64,000 nucleotides of DNA from Chiloscyllium plagiosum (lineage: Eukaryota), in contig NC_057757.1 in NCBI RefSeq assembly GCF_004010195.1, forward strand, positions 6,035,980 to 6,099,979, read 5' to 3'. Made by a program: the position numbers and the translations under genes. The notes under the pieces were generated by a model. It saw only the letters and a list, made by a program, of their open reading frames with translations. It made no database searches and was not told where the DNA came from. Positions 50,330-62,495 of the stretch are shown in pieces. Positions within the stretch are counted from its first letter, which is position 1. Every line of letters begins with the position of its first letter.

Positions 50330-51012
50330 GTAATGGCTGGCCTCCCGTGGCGGCCTCAGCTGTGGAGGTTGGTACGCCCGGTGGGCACGGGTGGCGTTTC
50401 CTGCCTTTTTGGGTCATTGCCCTTGACCTTCAGCCCTTCACAGTTTAACCAAATCACTTACGAGCAAGGGGCAGGAGGTTGCCACTCAGTCCCTCAAGCC
50501 TGATCCACCATCCGTGGCTAGTCTGATTGTCACCTCAAATCCATATTCTATCTCCGCCCCCCTTAACCTTTGAACCCCTTTCTGAGAACCCTTCTAATTC
50601 CACCTTTCGCTGCCACTACTTTTCAGGAAGCCTTCCAAACGTCATCCACCCACTGAAAGGAAACGCAAATGTACGATTTCTGTTTTAAATGGGCAGCCCC
50701 TGATTTTTAAACAGTGACCCCCACTGCCGGGTTCTCCATGCCCACCCAGTCTCGACCCCTCAGTGAGCTCCCCTGTTTCAGTCAGGTTGCCTATCACTCT
50801 TCAGTGGATACAACTCTAGTGTGTCTAACCTTTCCTCAGAATTACCATCTCCGATCCAGGGATTAGTCTGGTAAATCTCCTCTGAGCTGCCTCCAACACG
50901 TTCACTTCCGGTCTCTCTGCTATTGGTAAGCTTGAAAGGGGTGCGGAAAAGATTTGCAAGGATCTTGCCACAGTTGGAGGGTTTCAGGAGAGGAAGAGGC
51001 TACGTGTGTTTT

Positions 51013-51252
51013 GAGTCAAGATTAGAGTGTGGTGCTGGAAAAGCACAGCAGGTCAGGCAGCATCCGAGGAGCAGGAGAATCGATGTTTCGGGCAAAAGCC
51101 CTTCATCAGGAATTCCTGATTCCTGATGAAGGGCTTTTGCCCGAAACATCGATTCTCCTGCTCCTCGGGTGCTGCCTGACCTGCTGTGCTTTTCCAGCAC
51201 CACACTCTAATCTTGACTCTAATCTCCAGCATCTGCACTACCCACTTTCGCC
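51013..51252. mobile_element. Family A palindrome with back-to-back hammerhead-like cores
   Basis: - strand core 51081-51110 and + strand core 51123-51150; flanking TGTGTTTTGAG repeat. Confidence 0.75.
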
Positions 51253-51319
51253 AAGCATGTGTTTTGAGCCAATGAGGTCCTTTCACGTTTGGAGAATAAG
51301 CCCATCCTGTGCAGTTATG

Positions 51320-52445
51320 GAGTCATACAGCACAGAAACAGACCCTCTTTGGTCCAACCAAGTCCACGCTAACTAGGTTCCTGATGAAGAGCTTATGCCT
51401 GAAACGTCGATTCTCCTGCTCCTCGGATGCTGCCTGACCTGCTGTGCTTTTCCAGCCCAACACTCTCTCGACTCTGATCTCCAACATCTGCAGACTTTCT
51501 CTAAACCAGGGATCCCCCCCAAGACTAAACTGCCTGCGCTTGGCCCCTACCCTTTTCTTACTCATGTCCTTATCCAAATGGCTTTTAAACTGTACCTGCA
51601 TCCACCACTTCCTCTGGCAGTTCATTCCACACATGAACCACCCTCTGTGTAAGTAAATTTGCCCCTCTCTCTCCTCTCACCTTAAAAATATGTCCCTCCC
51701 TAGTCTTCAAATCCCCCAAGGAACAGCCCTTGGCTATTCACCCTATCCATGCCCCTCAAAATTTATAAACCTCTATAAGGTCTGCCTTCAATCTCCAATG
51801 CTCCAGGGAAAGACGTCCCAGCCTATCAACTTTTCCTCATCACTTCAAACCCTCCACTCCCAGTAAATCATTTCTGAACAGTCTCCATTTTAATAACATC
51901 CTTCCTATAACTGGGCAACCAGAAATACTTACCGCACTCCTGAAGTGGCCTCACCAATGTCTGGAACAACCTCAACACGACGTCTCGACTCCTATGATCG
52001 AAAGGTCTGAGCAATGAAGGCAACTGTGCTAAATCCCTTCTTGACCACCCTGACACAAACTTCAAAGATTATGTACCTGAACCCCTAGGTCTCTCTGTTC
52101 TGCAACGCTGCCCAGGGCCCCACCATCAATTGTAAAAAAAAAAATGTCCTGTCGTTGTTCATTTTACCAAAATACACTCCTTCACATTTATCCAAATTAA
52201 ACTCCATCTGCCACTCCTCAGCCCATTATCCCAGCTGGTCAAGATCTCTTTGTAATCTTAGATAACCTTCTTCACTGATGAAGGGCTTATGCCTGAAACG
52301 TCGATTCTCCTGCTCCTCGGATGCTGCCTGACTGGCTGTGCTTTTCCAGCACCACACTCTCTCGACTCTGATCTGCAGTCCTCACTTTCTCCTAACCTTC
52401 TTCACTGTCCACTATACCATCAATTTCAGTGTTATCCACAAAATT
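51320..52445 (-). mobile_element. CR1 LINE 3' fragment with two family A inserts (~51377-51495, ~52275-52392)
   Basis: LRLFQTLVRPLQEC...WLPSYRKDVIKMETVQK; the second insert is flanked by TAACCTTCTTCACTG. Confidence 0.8.
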
Positions 52446-52762
52446 CCCATCCAACTCGATTACATGAATGACAGTGGAGCCAGCAGATGTTCAGGTCAGG
52501 GTGAATTGACCACGCTAAATTGCCCAGAGTGTTAGGTGCATTGGTCAGAGGGAAATGGGTCTGGGTGGGTTACTCTTCGGAGGGTCGGTGTGGACTTGTT
52601 GGGCTGAAGGGCCTGTTTCCACACTGTAGGGAATCTAAACCACTGGTCCAGTCCGGCAATCAACCTTCCGTCACGGTCGGGGCTGTTGTGGTTTTAAACG
52701 AGGAGAGAGCCTGACTCGCTTTTAACGTTTTCTGATGTGTGTGTGTGTCTGTTTTTACACAG

Positions 52763-52904
52763 TCGGGCGATACCTGGCTGAACAAGCACTGTGACACAAA
52801 GTGTACCTGCAAGAAAGGACACCTACGCTGCAAGAAACACAAGTGTGTGGAGAACTCAGTGTGTGCCTTGAAGAAGAACGGAAAATACAAGTGTACACCG
52901 GTCG
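52763..52904 (+). CDS. Exon 22: TILa-3 (Lys-rich)
   Basis: acag|TCG...GTCG|gtaagt; SGDTWLNKHCDTKCTCKKGHLRCKKHKCVENSVCALKKNGKYKCTPV. Confidence 0.93.
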
Positions 52905-53134
52905 GTAAGTCACCGTCGCACTCTCTCCCAAACCCTCCCCCCCCGCCATCCTCCTCACTTTCTTGCTCAGCTCCCTGCTGACATGGGTCAAACATTGAAC
53001 CTCAGTGACAGGACTGCACTGCACAACACTCACACTGTGATCAGTGTTTGGTTCAAAGCCACTTTGAAGTCAGGATACTATTAAAGAAGTAGGATGTCCA
53101 CTGACACAACACCCTCTCTCGCTCGGGTGAAATT

Positions 53135-53437
53135 TTAGATTCCCTACAGTGTGGAAACAGGCCCTTCGGCCCAACCAGTCCACACCGACCCTCCAAAGAG
53201 CAACCCACCCAGATCCATCTCCCTCTGACTAACGCACCTAACACTATGGGGCAATTTAGCATGGCCAATCCACCCTAACCTGCACATCTTTGGACTGTGG
53301 GTGGAAACCGGAGCAAACCCACACAGACACGGGGAGAACTTGCAAACTCCACACAGACAGTCACCCGAGGCTGGAATCGAACCTGGGACCCTGGTGCTAT
53401 GAGGCAGCAGTGCTAACCACTGAGTCACTATGCCGCC
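53135..53437 (-). mobile_element. HE1-type V-SINE
   Basis: Full head, core and tail on the minus strand. Confidence 0.88.
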
Positions 53438-55393
53438 CCTAAAGGGGGTTAAAATAAAGGGGGTTAGAGGCTGAAAATCACTGCAGCAACTCATCATGCC
53501 TCCACCTTCCAAACCAGTGACATCTATTACAGAGCAGACCCCATCGAGATATTTTAAGAAGGTAGCCTAGACCCTAATCTTTTCTTATTTTAAGAGCAAA
53601 TGTGAAGCACCGTGCTCCAGATGCAATTCAATGGGTTAGTCAACGTTAAGAAGAGATTTACCAAGATGGAAGGTTTGAGTTAGAAGGAGAAGCTGGATAA
53701 GGGTGGGACTGTTTCCACTAGAACGTCAGAGGTTGAGAGGCGATCTGCTAGAAGTTTATAAAATAATGAGGGGTATAGATAAAGTTAACAGTAGGTGTCT
53801 TTTCCCTGGGGTGGGGGATTTCAAGACAAGGGGCACATTTTTTAAGGTGAGAGGCAAAAGATATTTTTTTATGTGAGTATTATGTATCTGGAATGAACTT
53901 CCTGAGGAAGTGGTGGCTGTAGGTATAATTGCAATGTTTAAAAGACACTTGGATAAGTACATGAATAGGAAAGGTCTGGAGGGATATGGGTCAGGAGCAG
54001 GCAGGTAGTTTGGAATTATGTTCAGCATGGATTGGGTGGACTGAAAGGTCTGTTTCCTTGCTGTATGGTTCTATGACTGTAGTTAAAATACAACCAAAGA
54101 AAGAGAAGTCTATAATAACTTAAATCCATTGGAAAACTTAACTGAATAATAGATTCAGTACCTATTACTAATTAACTGTTGCAATACAGTAACATTCCAT
54201 AAACACACCCCTTGGCAAAAAGGAAAATTGAGATACATGCAATTCTCCAATCCAGGAGGGAAAGAAAATATCAAGAGAAAATTCAGAGAGAGGAACAGCT
54301 AGGAGACATTCGCTGAAGCTCCTAACTCTTTTGAGACCCCACTAGCTACTGAGAAACCAAAACCTGATTTGTGAGAGCTGGCCACATCCCATTCAGGCTG
54401 TATTAAACAAAAAAACCAAGGCCTCCCAAGCTGTTTACCCCAGTACCTCAGCCTTAAAATCTCTCAACAAAAAAAGGATGAAATAATGTCTTAAGATGGC
54501 TGCACTGACTGACTCAGACTGACAAGGGCAGCAGATGCATAGGAACACCATGGGGCCACCATTTGGCATTTTGCAGAATACAATTCACTATGTAAAGAAA
54601 TTCTCCCTGTCTTGCCCTTTTACCAATCTCTTCTTGCCACTCTTTCACATGGCAACCGTTGCCAAGGCCAACCTGTCCCTAATTGCTGGGGACATTTCAA
54701 AGGACAATTAAGAGTCAACTCCATTGGTTTGCATCTGGAGTCACATGTAGTCCTCATCCTGTTGTAGATTTCCCTTCACTAAAGAGACGATGATGTATCA
54801 ACCAACATGACAATAGTTTTGCTGTCTCCGTCAATGAGACAAGTTTTATATTTCCACATTTACAACTGCGTTTAGATTCCACCAGCTGCCGTGGTGGGAC
54901 TTGAACCCCTCTCTGTAAAATATTAGCCTGGGACTCCAGATTCCTAGCCCACTGACATTACTACCTAACCAAGAGATGGACGCTACCAAGTCAAAAGATT
55001 GTAGGTGGGAACAAAGCACAAAGAACAAAGCATTACTGCCTCACAGCACCAGGGACCTCAGGTGACTGACTGTGTGGTGTTTGTACATTCTCCCTGTATC
55101 TGTGAGGGTTTCCTCCCACAGTCCAAAGATGTGCTGGTTAGATGGATTGGCCATGGGAAATGCAGGGATAGGGCAGGATGGAGCACCTGGGTGGGTTGGT
55201 CTTCAGAAGGACTGTGTGGATTTGATGGGCTGAATGGCCTGCTTCCGCACTGTAGGGATTCTCTAAATGACTGGAACTCCTCAATTTACTCTGTCAGAAC
55301 CTTCATGATTTTGAACACGCTCCCCTAACAATCTCAGTTCCTCTTCAGTTAAATAACGATGGTCGTAATTCTAATCTGTTTGCCTCTGACCAG

Positions 55394-55641
55394 CTTTCGA
55401 GACGTGCCTGATCTCGGGCGACCCTCACTATCTGACCTTCGATGGCCTCGCCCACCACTTCCAAGGCAAGGGCACTTACACCCTGGTCACCACCCACAAC
55501 ATTTCCGAGGCCCTGCAGCCGTTCAACATCGAAGGCAAGAATGAAGTGAGGAACAGGAACACAAAGGTCTCCTACCTGTCTGCAGTTTACATCAACGTTT
55601 ACGGCCACTCCATCGAATTCCACAAGAAGAAACGTTTCTTG
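55394..55641 (+). CDS. Exon 23: start of VWD4
   Basis: ccag|CT...TTG|gtgagg; FETCLISGDPHYLTFDGLAHHFQGKGTYTLVTTHNISEALQPFNIEGKNE...HKKKRFL. Confidence 0.93.
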
Positions 55642-56089
55642 GTGAGGGCATCTTTTTACTATTTCTCTGGCGTAGGAACATGATGCCATTTGGCCCATCG
55701 AGCCTGTACTAGCATTCATTATGATCAAGGCTGATCGAACACTCCAATCCCTTTTACCCACCACATCCCCATAACCCTGTGCAACTGGTAATCATAAATC
55801 TATTGACCTCTACCTCAAAAATACCCACAGACTGAATTTCCAGTGATACAGAATTCCAAAGATTTCTCCTCATCTTGAACGTAAGTGGCATTCCCCTTAT
55901 TTTGTAAAACTGTACTCCCTGGTTCCAAACTCCCCAGCCACGGGATAGTCCTTATCTGCATCTTGCTGTTTAATTGTTTTAGAAGTTTCAATGGGCGCTC
56001 ACCTCCGACTCTTCAAAACTCTAGAGAGTACAGGACAATGTTTTTTTATAGGACTGATCCACCATCCCTGGGAACACGTTTGGTCGCAG

Positions 56090-56775
56090 AGTCATCGAGT
56101 CATACAGCACGGAAACAGACCCTTCAGTCCTGCTTGTCCATGCCGACCAGATATCCCAACCTAATCTAGTCCCATTTGCCAGCACTTGACCCATATCCCT
56201 CTAAACCCCTCCTATTCATATACCCATCCAGATGCCTTTTAAATGTTGCAATTGTACCACCACTTCCTCTGGCAGCTCATTCCATACACGCACCACCCTC
56301 TGCGTGAAAAAGCTGCCCCTCAGGTCCCTTTTAAATCATTCCCCTCTTACATTAAACCCTGCCCTCTAGTTATGGACTCCCCTATTCTGGGGTAAAAAAG
56401 ATCTTGGCTATCCGTGCTCTTCATGATTTTATAAGGTCACCCCTCAGCCTTCGACACTCCAGGGAAAACAGCCCCAGCCTGTTCAGCCTCTCCCTATAGC
56501 TCAAACCCTCCAATCCTGGCAACATCCTTGTAAATCTTTTCTGGGCTCTTTTAAGTTTAACAACTTCCTTCCTACAGCAGGGAGACCAGAATTGCACGCA
56601 ATATTTCGAAAGTGGTCTAACCAATGTCCTGTACAGCCACAACATGAACCCCACCCCCCCCCAACTCCTCTATCCAATGCACTGACCAATAAAGGAAAGC
56701 ATACCACACGCCTTCTTCACTATCCTGTCTACCTGTGACCCTCGCCTTCAAGGAACTCCATACCTGCACCCCAGA
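56090..56775 (-). mobile_element. CR1 LINE 3' fragment
   Basis: LYRTLVRPLSKYCVQFWSP...QKRFTRMLPGLEGLSYRERLNRLGLFSLECRRLRGDLI. Confidence 0.9.
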
Positions 56776-57239
56776 ACTCCATCATGAACCTTCACTACAA
56801 TCTCTTGACGGCAATAATATCTCTCCTGACACCAAAGGAGACCAAAACTGCATACAGGTGTGGTCCAACCAAACTGCTGTACCGTGGTATCATAATGTTA
56901 TATTGCATTAGCAGCTCTCTGTGGAGAACTTTGCTGAAGGTAGGCCAATCACAACAGATAATGATGTGGAGGTGCCAGGGTTGGTCTGGGGTGGACAAAG
57001 TCAGAAGTCACATGACCCCAGGTTATAGTCCAACGGGTTTATATGAAATCACAAGTTTTCAGAATGCTGCTCCTTCATCACTTATGACTCTATAAGGTGT
57101 AATCATGGAGACAATCATTAGGTTGCAGGATGGAAAGAAATGGCTATGTGGGATCAGTTAAACAGACTCGTTGGATGTTTGTTTCCAAAATACTATCCTG
57201 TCTTATTATTATTAAGTGGACAATTATATGGTAACACAG

Positions 57240-57545
57240 AGGCTCAGTGGTTAGCACTTCTGCCTCACAGCACCAGGGTCCCAGGTTCGATTCCAGCCTC
57301 GGGTGACTGTCTGTGTGGAGTTTCACATTCTCCCCGAGTCTGCTTGGGTTTCCTCTGGGTGCACTGGTTTCCTCCCACAGTCCAAGGATGTGTGGGTCAG
57401 GAGAATTGGCCGTGCTAAATTGCCCTAAGTGTTAGGTGCATTAGTCAGAGGGAAATGGGTCTGGGTAAGTTACTCTTCGGAGGGTCAGTGTGGACTGGTT
57501 GGGCCAAAGGACCTGTTTCCACACTGTAGGGAATCTAATCTAATA
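57240..57545 (+). mobile_element. HE1-type V-SINE
   Basis: A/B boxes, V core, (ATCTA)n tail. Confidence 0.88.
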
Positions 57546-57839
57546 ACATTTTGAATCTTCATAGATGCAGGTACTGGCTAGGCCTGCATTGACTGTCCAT
57601 CCCTAAATTCCAACTGTTCAAGTGAGTAATCTATGATGGTTAAAAGACCAGGAAGTTTAATAGCACAGACATTTGATTTCTGGTTTCTCTGGTGATCTTG
57701 GACTGTTCAGTCAGGTCTCAGTTCTCAATCCAACCAAGGCTTCGGCCTTAGCTCTGCTGCCCTGGTATTTCCAGTCAGGTTGTTTTCTCACTCTGGCTGC
57801 GTTTTGGAATAAACCTCTTCACTTTCCTTTTTGACACAG

Positions 57840-57969
57840 TTGGATGATGAAAGGGTGATCCCACCTTACAAGTCGCGCGAAGGTTTCCATGTCTACCAGA
57901 GAGCCAGGACCCTCTACCTGGAGACGGACTTTGGCGTCTCAGTCAACTTTGACGGGAGAGAAAATGCAG
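57840..57969 (+). CDS. Exon 24: VWD4
   Basis: acag|TTG...GCAG|gtgagg; LDDERVIPPYKSREGFHVYQRARTLYLETDFGVSVNFDGRENA. Confidence 0.93.
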
Positions 57970-59107
57970 GTGAGGGAGCTTTTCAAAATGGCCACTGCGG
58001 CGGAATCCAGCTGGTGTAGTGTGGCCTATCATGTACTGGTGTGGTGGACCAAAGGGAGCCTGATTTTTTTCTTCAACCAGTGAAATTGTGGGTTCAAAAC
58101 CCACCATGGCCAGATATGGAATTGTTTCCAACAACCCTAGAGCAAGCTGATAGTTGTTGAACTGCTATTTTGTTTATTTGAATCCCCAGTTGAACCCATC
58201 TCCTCACGACCAACTCCTGAAGTGACCCAGCCCAATTGAAAACCCAGGAGGAGAAAGCAGTAAAACTGGCGAATGACTTATGGTGATCTGACCAGCTTCG
58301 AAGTGGGGGTCTAGTTCAACCAGTACATTTATTTCCCACTACTGCTGTTGTCTAAACATTATTTATCTCCTCTGGGGAAGTCCTGATACATTTTCCCCAA
58401 GATAAATAAGTGAGAGAGAAAATACCTTGGGAATTTTACAGATAGTGATACTAACCTGTGGCCAAGTCACTGTCTGGATCTCAAATATTGAAATGCTCTT
58501 GCAAAATGTAAGATGGGGACATGTGTCCGGTGCTGGTGGGACAGCACTGTGGGGTCAACGTATCCGAACAGCATCCTGCCCAGCCAGCTCCCTATCCTAT
58601 CCCTGTAATCTAGCACTTCTCACAGCTAACCCACCTGCCTTGCACATTCCTGGGCACTACGGGGTAATTTACTAATGCCAATCCACCTAATGTGAACATG
58701 CAATCATAGAGATGTACAGCACAGACACAGACCCTTGGTCCAACTCCCCCATGCCGACCAGATATCCTAACCTAATCGAGTCCCATTTGCCAGCACTTGG
58801 TCCATATCCCTCTAAACCCTTCCTATTCATATACCCATCCAGATGCCTTTTAAATGTTGTAACTGTACCAGCCTCCACCACTTCCTCTGGCAGCTCATTC
58901 CCTACATCTTTGGACTGTGGGAGGAATCCGGAGCACCCTGGAGGAAACCCACGCAGACACGGGGAGAACATGCAAGCTCCACATAGACGGTTGCCCAAGG
59001 GTGGGATCGAACTTGGCGCTGTAAGGCCTTAATACCCTGGCAATAATACTCGCATCTCTTCGACAAATGTATGCCCTGCCTCATCCAACCCTTTTATCTT
59101 CCTCCAG

Positions 59108-59369
59108 ATATTATTATCCCGAGCCTGTACAAGAGAAAGGTCCGAGGGCTGTGTGGCACATACGACGGTAGGTACAGGAATGACTTTACATTGCCCGACG
59201 GAACACGTGTTTCCAGTCTGAATGTGTTCGGGAACAGCTGGAAGGTAGAGGATAGGGACGATGATGACTACGACTGGGAGGGAGATGACGATGACGACGA
59301 CAATGAGGATGACAACGAAGATAGCCGGATGAGACAGAAGCCGCAGGAATCCAACAGGCAGAGGTACAG
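59108..59369 (+). CDS. Exon 25: end of VWD4 + acidic insert
   Basis: ccag|AT...AG|gtgagt; DIIIPSLYKRKVRGLCGTYDG...FGNSWKVEDRDDDDYDWEGDDDDDDNEDDNEDSRMRQKPQESNRQRYR. Confidence 0.9.
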
Positions 59370-59680
59370 GTGAGTAGGAGCGAAGGTGAAACATCAGATT
59401 CAGGGCTCCGGTAAGTTTGGTAAGTGCGCAGGGAAGAGAGATTTGCGCTCATCTTGAGACTTTTCACAACCTCAGCACCTCCTGAAGAGACTCACGACCA
59501 ATTAAGTCCCATTGTGACGTCGGAAATTCAGCCTCATGTTGTTGCACAACAAGATCCCACAAGCGGCATCAGTGATGATAGTGGTGGCGAGAGCAGAAAC
59601 TCATCTGGTTCACTCAGGCCCATTGGGGAATCCCTACTGGCCTGGCCTGCATGTGACTGTACACCCGAGGCACCAACGGC

Positions 59681-60290
59681 AGGGCGGCACGGTGGCTCAA
59701 TGTTTGGAGCTACTGCATCACCGTGCCAGGGACCTGGGTTCGATCCCACCCTTGGGTGACTGTGTGGAGTTTGCACATTCTCCCCGTGTCTGTGTGGGTT
59801 TCCTCCAGGTGCTCCGGTTTCCTCCCACAGTCCAAAGATGTGTAAGTCAGGTGAATTGGCCATGTTAAATTGCCCACTGTGTCCAGGGATGTGTAGGTTA
59901 TGGTGAATTGGCCATGTTAAATTGCCCACAGTGTTCAGGGATGTATAGGTTAGGGTGAATTGGCCGTGCTAAATTACCCATAGTGTTCAGGGATGTATAG
60001 GTTAGGGTGAATTGGCCATGGTAAATTGCCCATAGTGTTTAGGGATGTGTGGGTTAGGGGTGATTTGGCCATGGTAAATTGCCCATATAGTTTAGGGATG
60101 TGTGGGTTAGGGGTGATTTGGCCATGCTAAATTGCCCATAGTGCTCAGAGATGTGTGGGTTAGGTGCATTAGTCAGACGTAAATGTAGAGTAATAAGATA
60201 GGGGTAATGGATCTGGGTGGGTTACTATTCGGTGGGTCAGTGTAGACTTGTTAGGCCAAATGGCCTGTTTCCACACTATAGGGAATCCAT
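59681..60290 (+). mobile_element. HE1-type SINE with ~6 internal 52-53-bp repeats
   Basis: Recurring TTGGCCATG.TAAATTGCCCA units. Confidence 0.87.
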
Positions 60291-61651
60291 CAGTCCAATG
60301 TGGTTGACTCTTAACTGCCATCTAAAATGGCTGAACATACCAGTCAGTGCAAGAGTAATTAGGGATGGGAACTAAATGTTGGCCATTGCCAGTGATGCCC
60401 ACATTCCAAGAAAGGATAAAGAAAACAAAAAATTAGGTCTTTTAACTAAATGTTTGTCATGGACACCAGTGAAAATAATCTGGTTCCTTTTAGAAGATAT
60501 TACAGTCAACCAAGTAGACTGTGGTTTTTATTTTGTTCATTCACAGGATAAGGGTCTCACTGGCTAGGCCCAGCATTTATTGCCCATCCCTAATTGCCTA
60601 GAGGGTAGTTAAGGGTGGGCCTAGAGTCATGTGTAGGCCAAACCAGATAAGATAGCAGTTTCCTTCCCTAAAGGATATCAGTAAACCAGATGGGTTTTTC
60701 CAACAACGGATACATGGTCATCATTAGACTCTTAATTCCAGATTTGCTTTTTTTATTGAATTCAAGTTCCACCATCTTCTGTGGCTGGATTCAACCTTGG
60801 ATCCCCAGAATATTACCTGGGTCTCTGGATTAACAATACCATTAGGCCATCACTCCCCTTGGGTGTCTCAAGTTGTGCTTCCCTATCTACAGTCTGAGTT
60901 GAGAGTGAGGGGAGCACCACCATCTTTCTGTAGTGTCACCATGACACACTGGGTTTCACCCTTTCTGAGTCAAAATGTTGTGATCCAATTTCCATTCCAA
61001 AAGCTTGAGGTCAAAATCCACGGTTGGCATTCCCAGAGGGTTATGAAATAGTGTCAGAGATGCTACCTTTGCGATCTGCCTCCAACAGTGTGTGTGAAAG
61101 AATCTGTAGCACTCTTTTGAAGACAAATGGGGGTATGATTTGGAGAGGGAACATCTCCCCGACATCACGACCAGTACTTATCTTGTGATCAGCGTTGCCA
61201 GAAGAGACGATCTGGCCACAATTATGTGGTAAAGCCTTGGCTGGATCAATCAGAGTCAACCCCACCTGATTTAAACATAAACAAAGCTCGGCAGTTAACT
61301 GTCAGTCATCGTCTAATTGGGTTCATTCTCCCTGGCAGTGCCTCAACTGATCAAAGTCCAGTTGCTACCACAGTTAGGCAGTAGTGTGGGGGTAAAAACA
61401 TAAACTAGAAAGAGAAAAAAAAGAAAAAAAAAATTTAAAAAAAGGAAAAAAAATCAAAGTCCAGTTGCCAACTAATCCTCACTGTCTTTGCATGCAGTAT
61501 GAACGTGTTGCCCCTCCCCTCTTATGTTGGTATTCTTGCGAATTATCCTGACCAAGAAACTTCAACAACATGTGTCTTTTACTAGCAATAGGGTTGGTAT
61601 GGACTTGTTGGGCCAAATGGCCTGTTTCCACACTGTAGGGAATCTAATCTT

Positions 61652-61965
61652 GGGGCGGCGTGGTGGCTCAGTGCTTAGCACTGCTGCCTCACAGCACCAG
61701 GGACCTGGGTTCAATTCCAGCCTCGGGCGACTGTCTGTGTGGAGTTTGCACATTCTCCCCGTGTCTGTGTGGGTTTCCTCTGGTTTCCTCCCACAGTCCA
61801 AAGATGTGCAGGTTAGGGTGAATTGGCCATGCTAAATTGCCCATAGTGTTAGATGCATTAGTCAGACGGAAATGGGTCTGGGTGGGTTACTCTTCGGAGG
61901 GTCGGTATGGACTGGTTGGGCCGAAGGGCCTGTTTCCACACTGGAGGGAATCTAATCTAATCTAT
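61652..61965 (+). mobile_element. HE1-type V-SINE
   Basis: Full-length head, core and tail. Confidence 0.88.
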
Positions 61966-62495
61966 AGAGTCTGGGATTCCTGAGGTTATGACAGGTGCCT
62001 TCAAGTTATTTGAGTAAACCGTTTGATTAATCTTTTGCCTACAGTTACTCCTAGCAACTTTGCTTTTTTTAATTCACTTTAAGAATGTGGGTGTCGCTGG
62101 CTGTTCCAGCATTAATTGCCTATCCCTAACAGCCTCTGAGAAGCGTGGTAATGGGCTGCATTTCTACAAGCGAACACACTTGTGAGACAGTTTTTTTGTC
62201 AACTGAAGCCTGATCATTTTAACCCTCAATTTTAACAATTGATACAAAATTGTCAAAGCTCTCATCCAACTTGAGTGTGCTGTTAAGGGGAAAGCAGGGA
62301 GGGAGGTGCCATTGGTGAGATTTTTAAAGAACCAGCAACAGGCACATTGGACCAGACGTCCAGCCTCTGTGCGTGTACAACTGTGAGATATCAGGGTCTC
62401 TTCCAGCCTGCTGTAGGGTGTAAGCTGCCAGGCTGAAGGTAGTCTGTCCTTCATTGTGGGATCTTTCTTTCAGTTGCAATTTCTGTGTGTTACAG

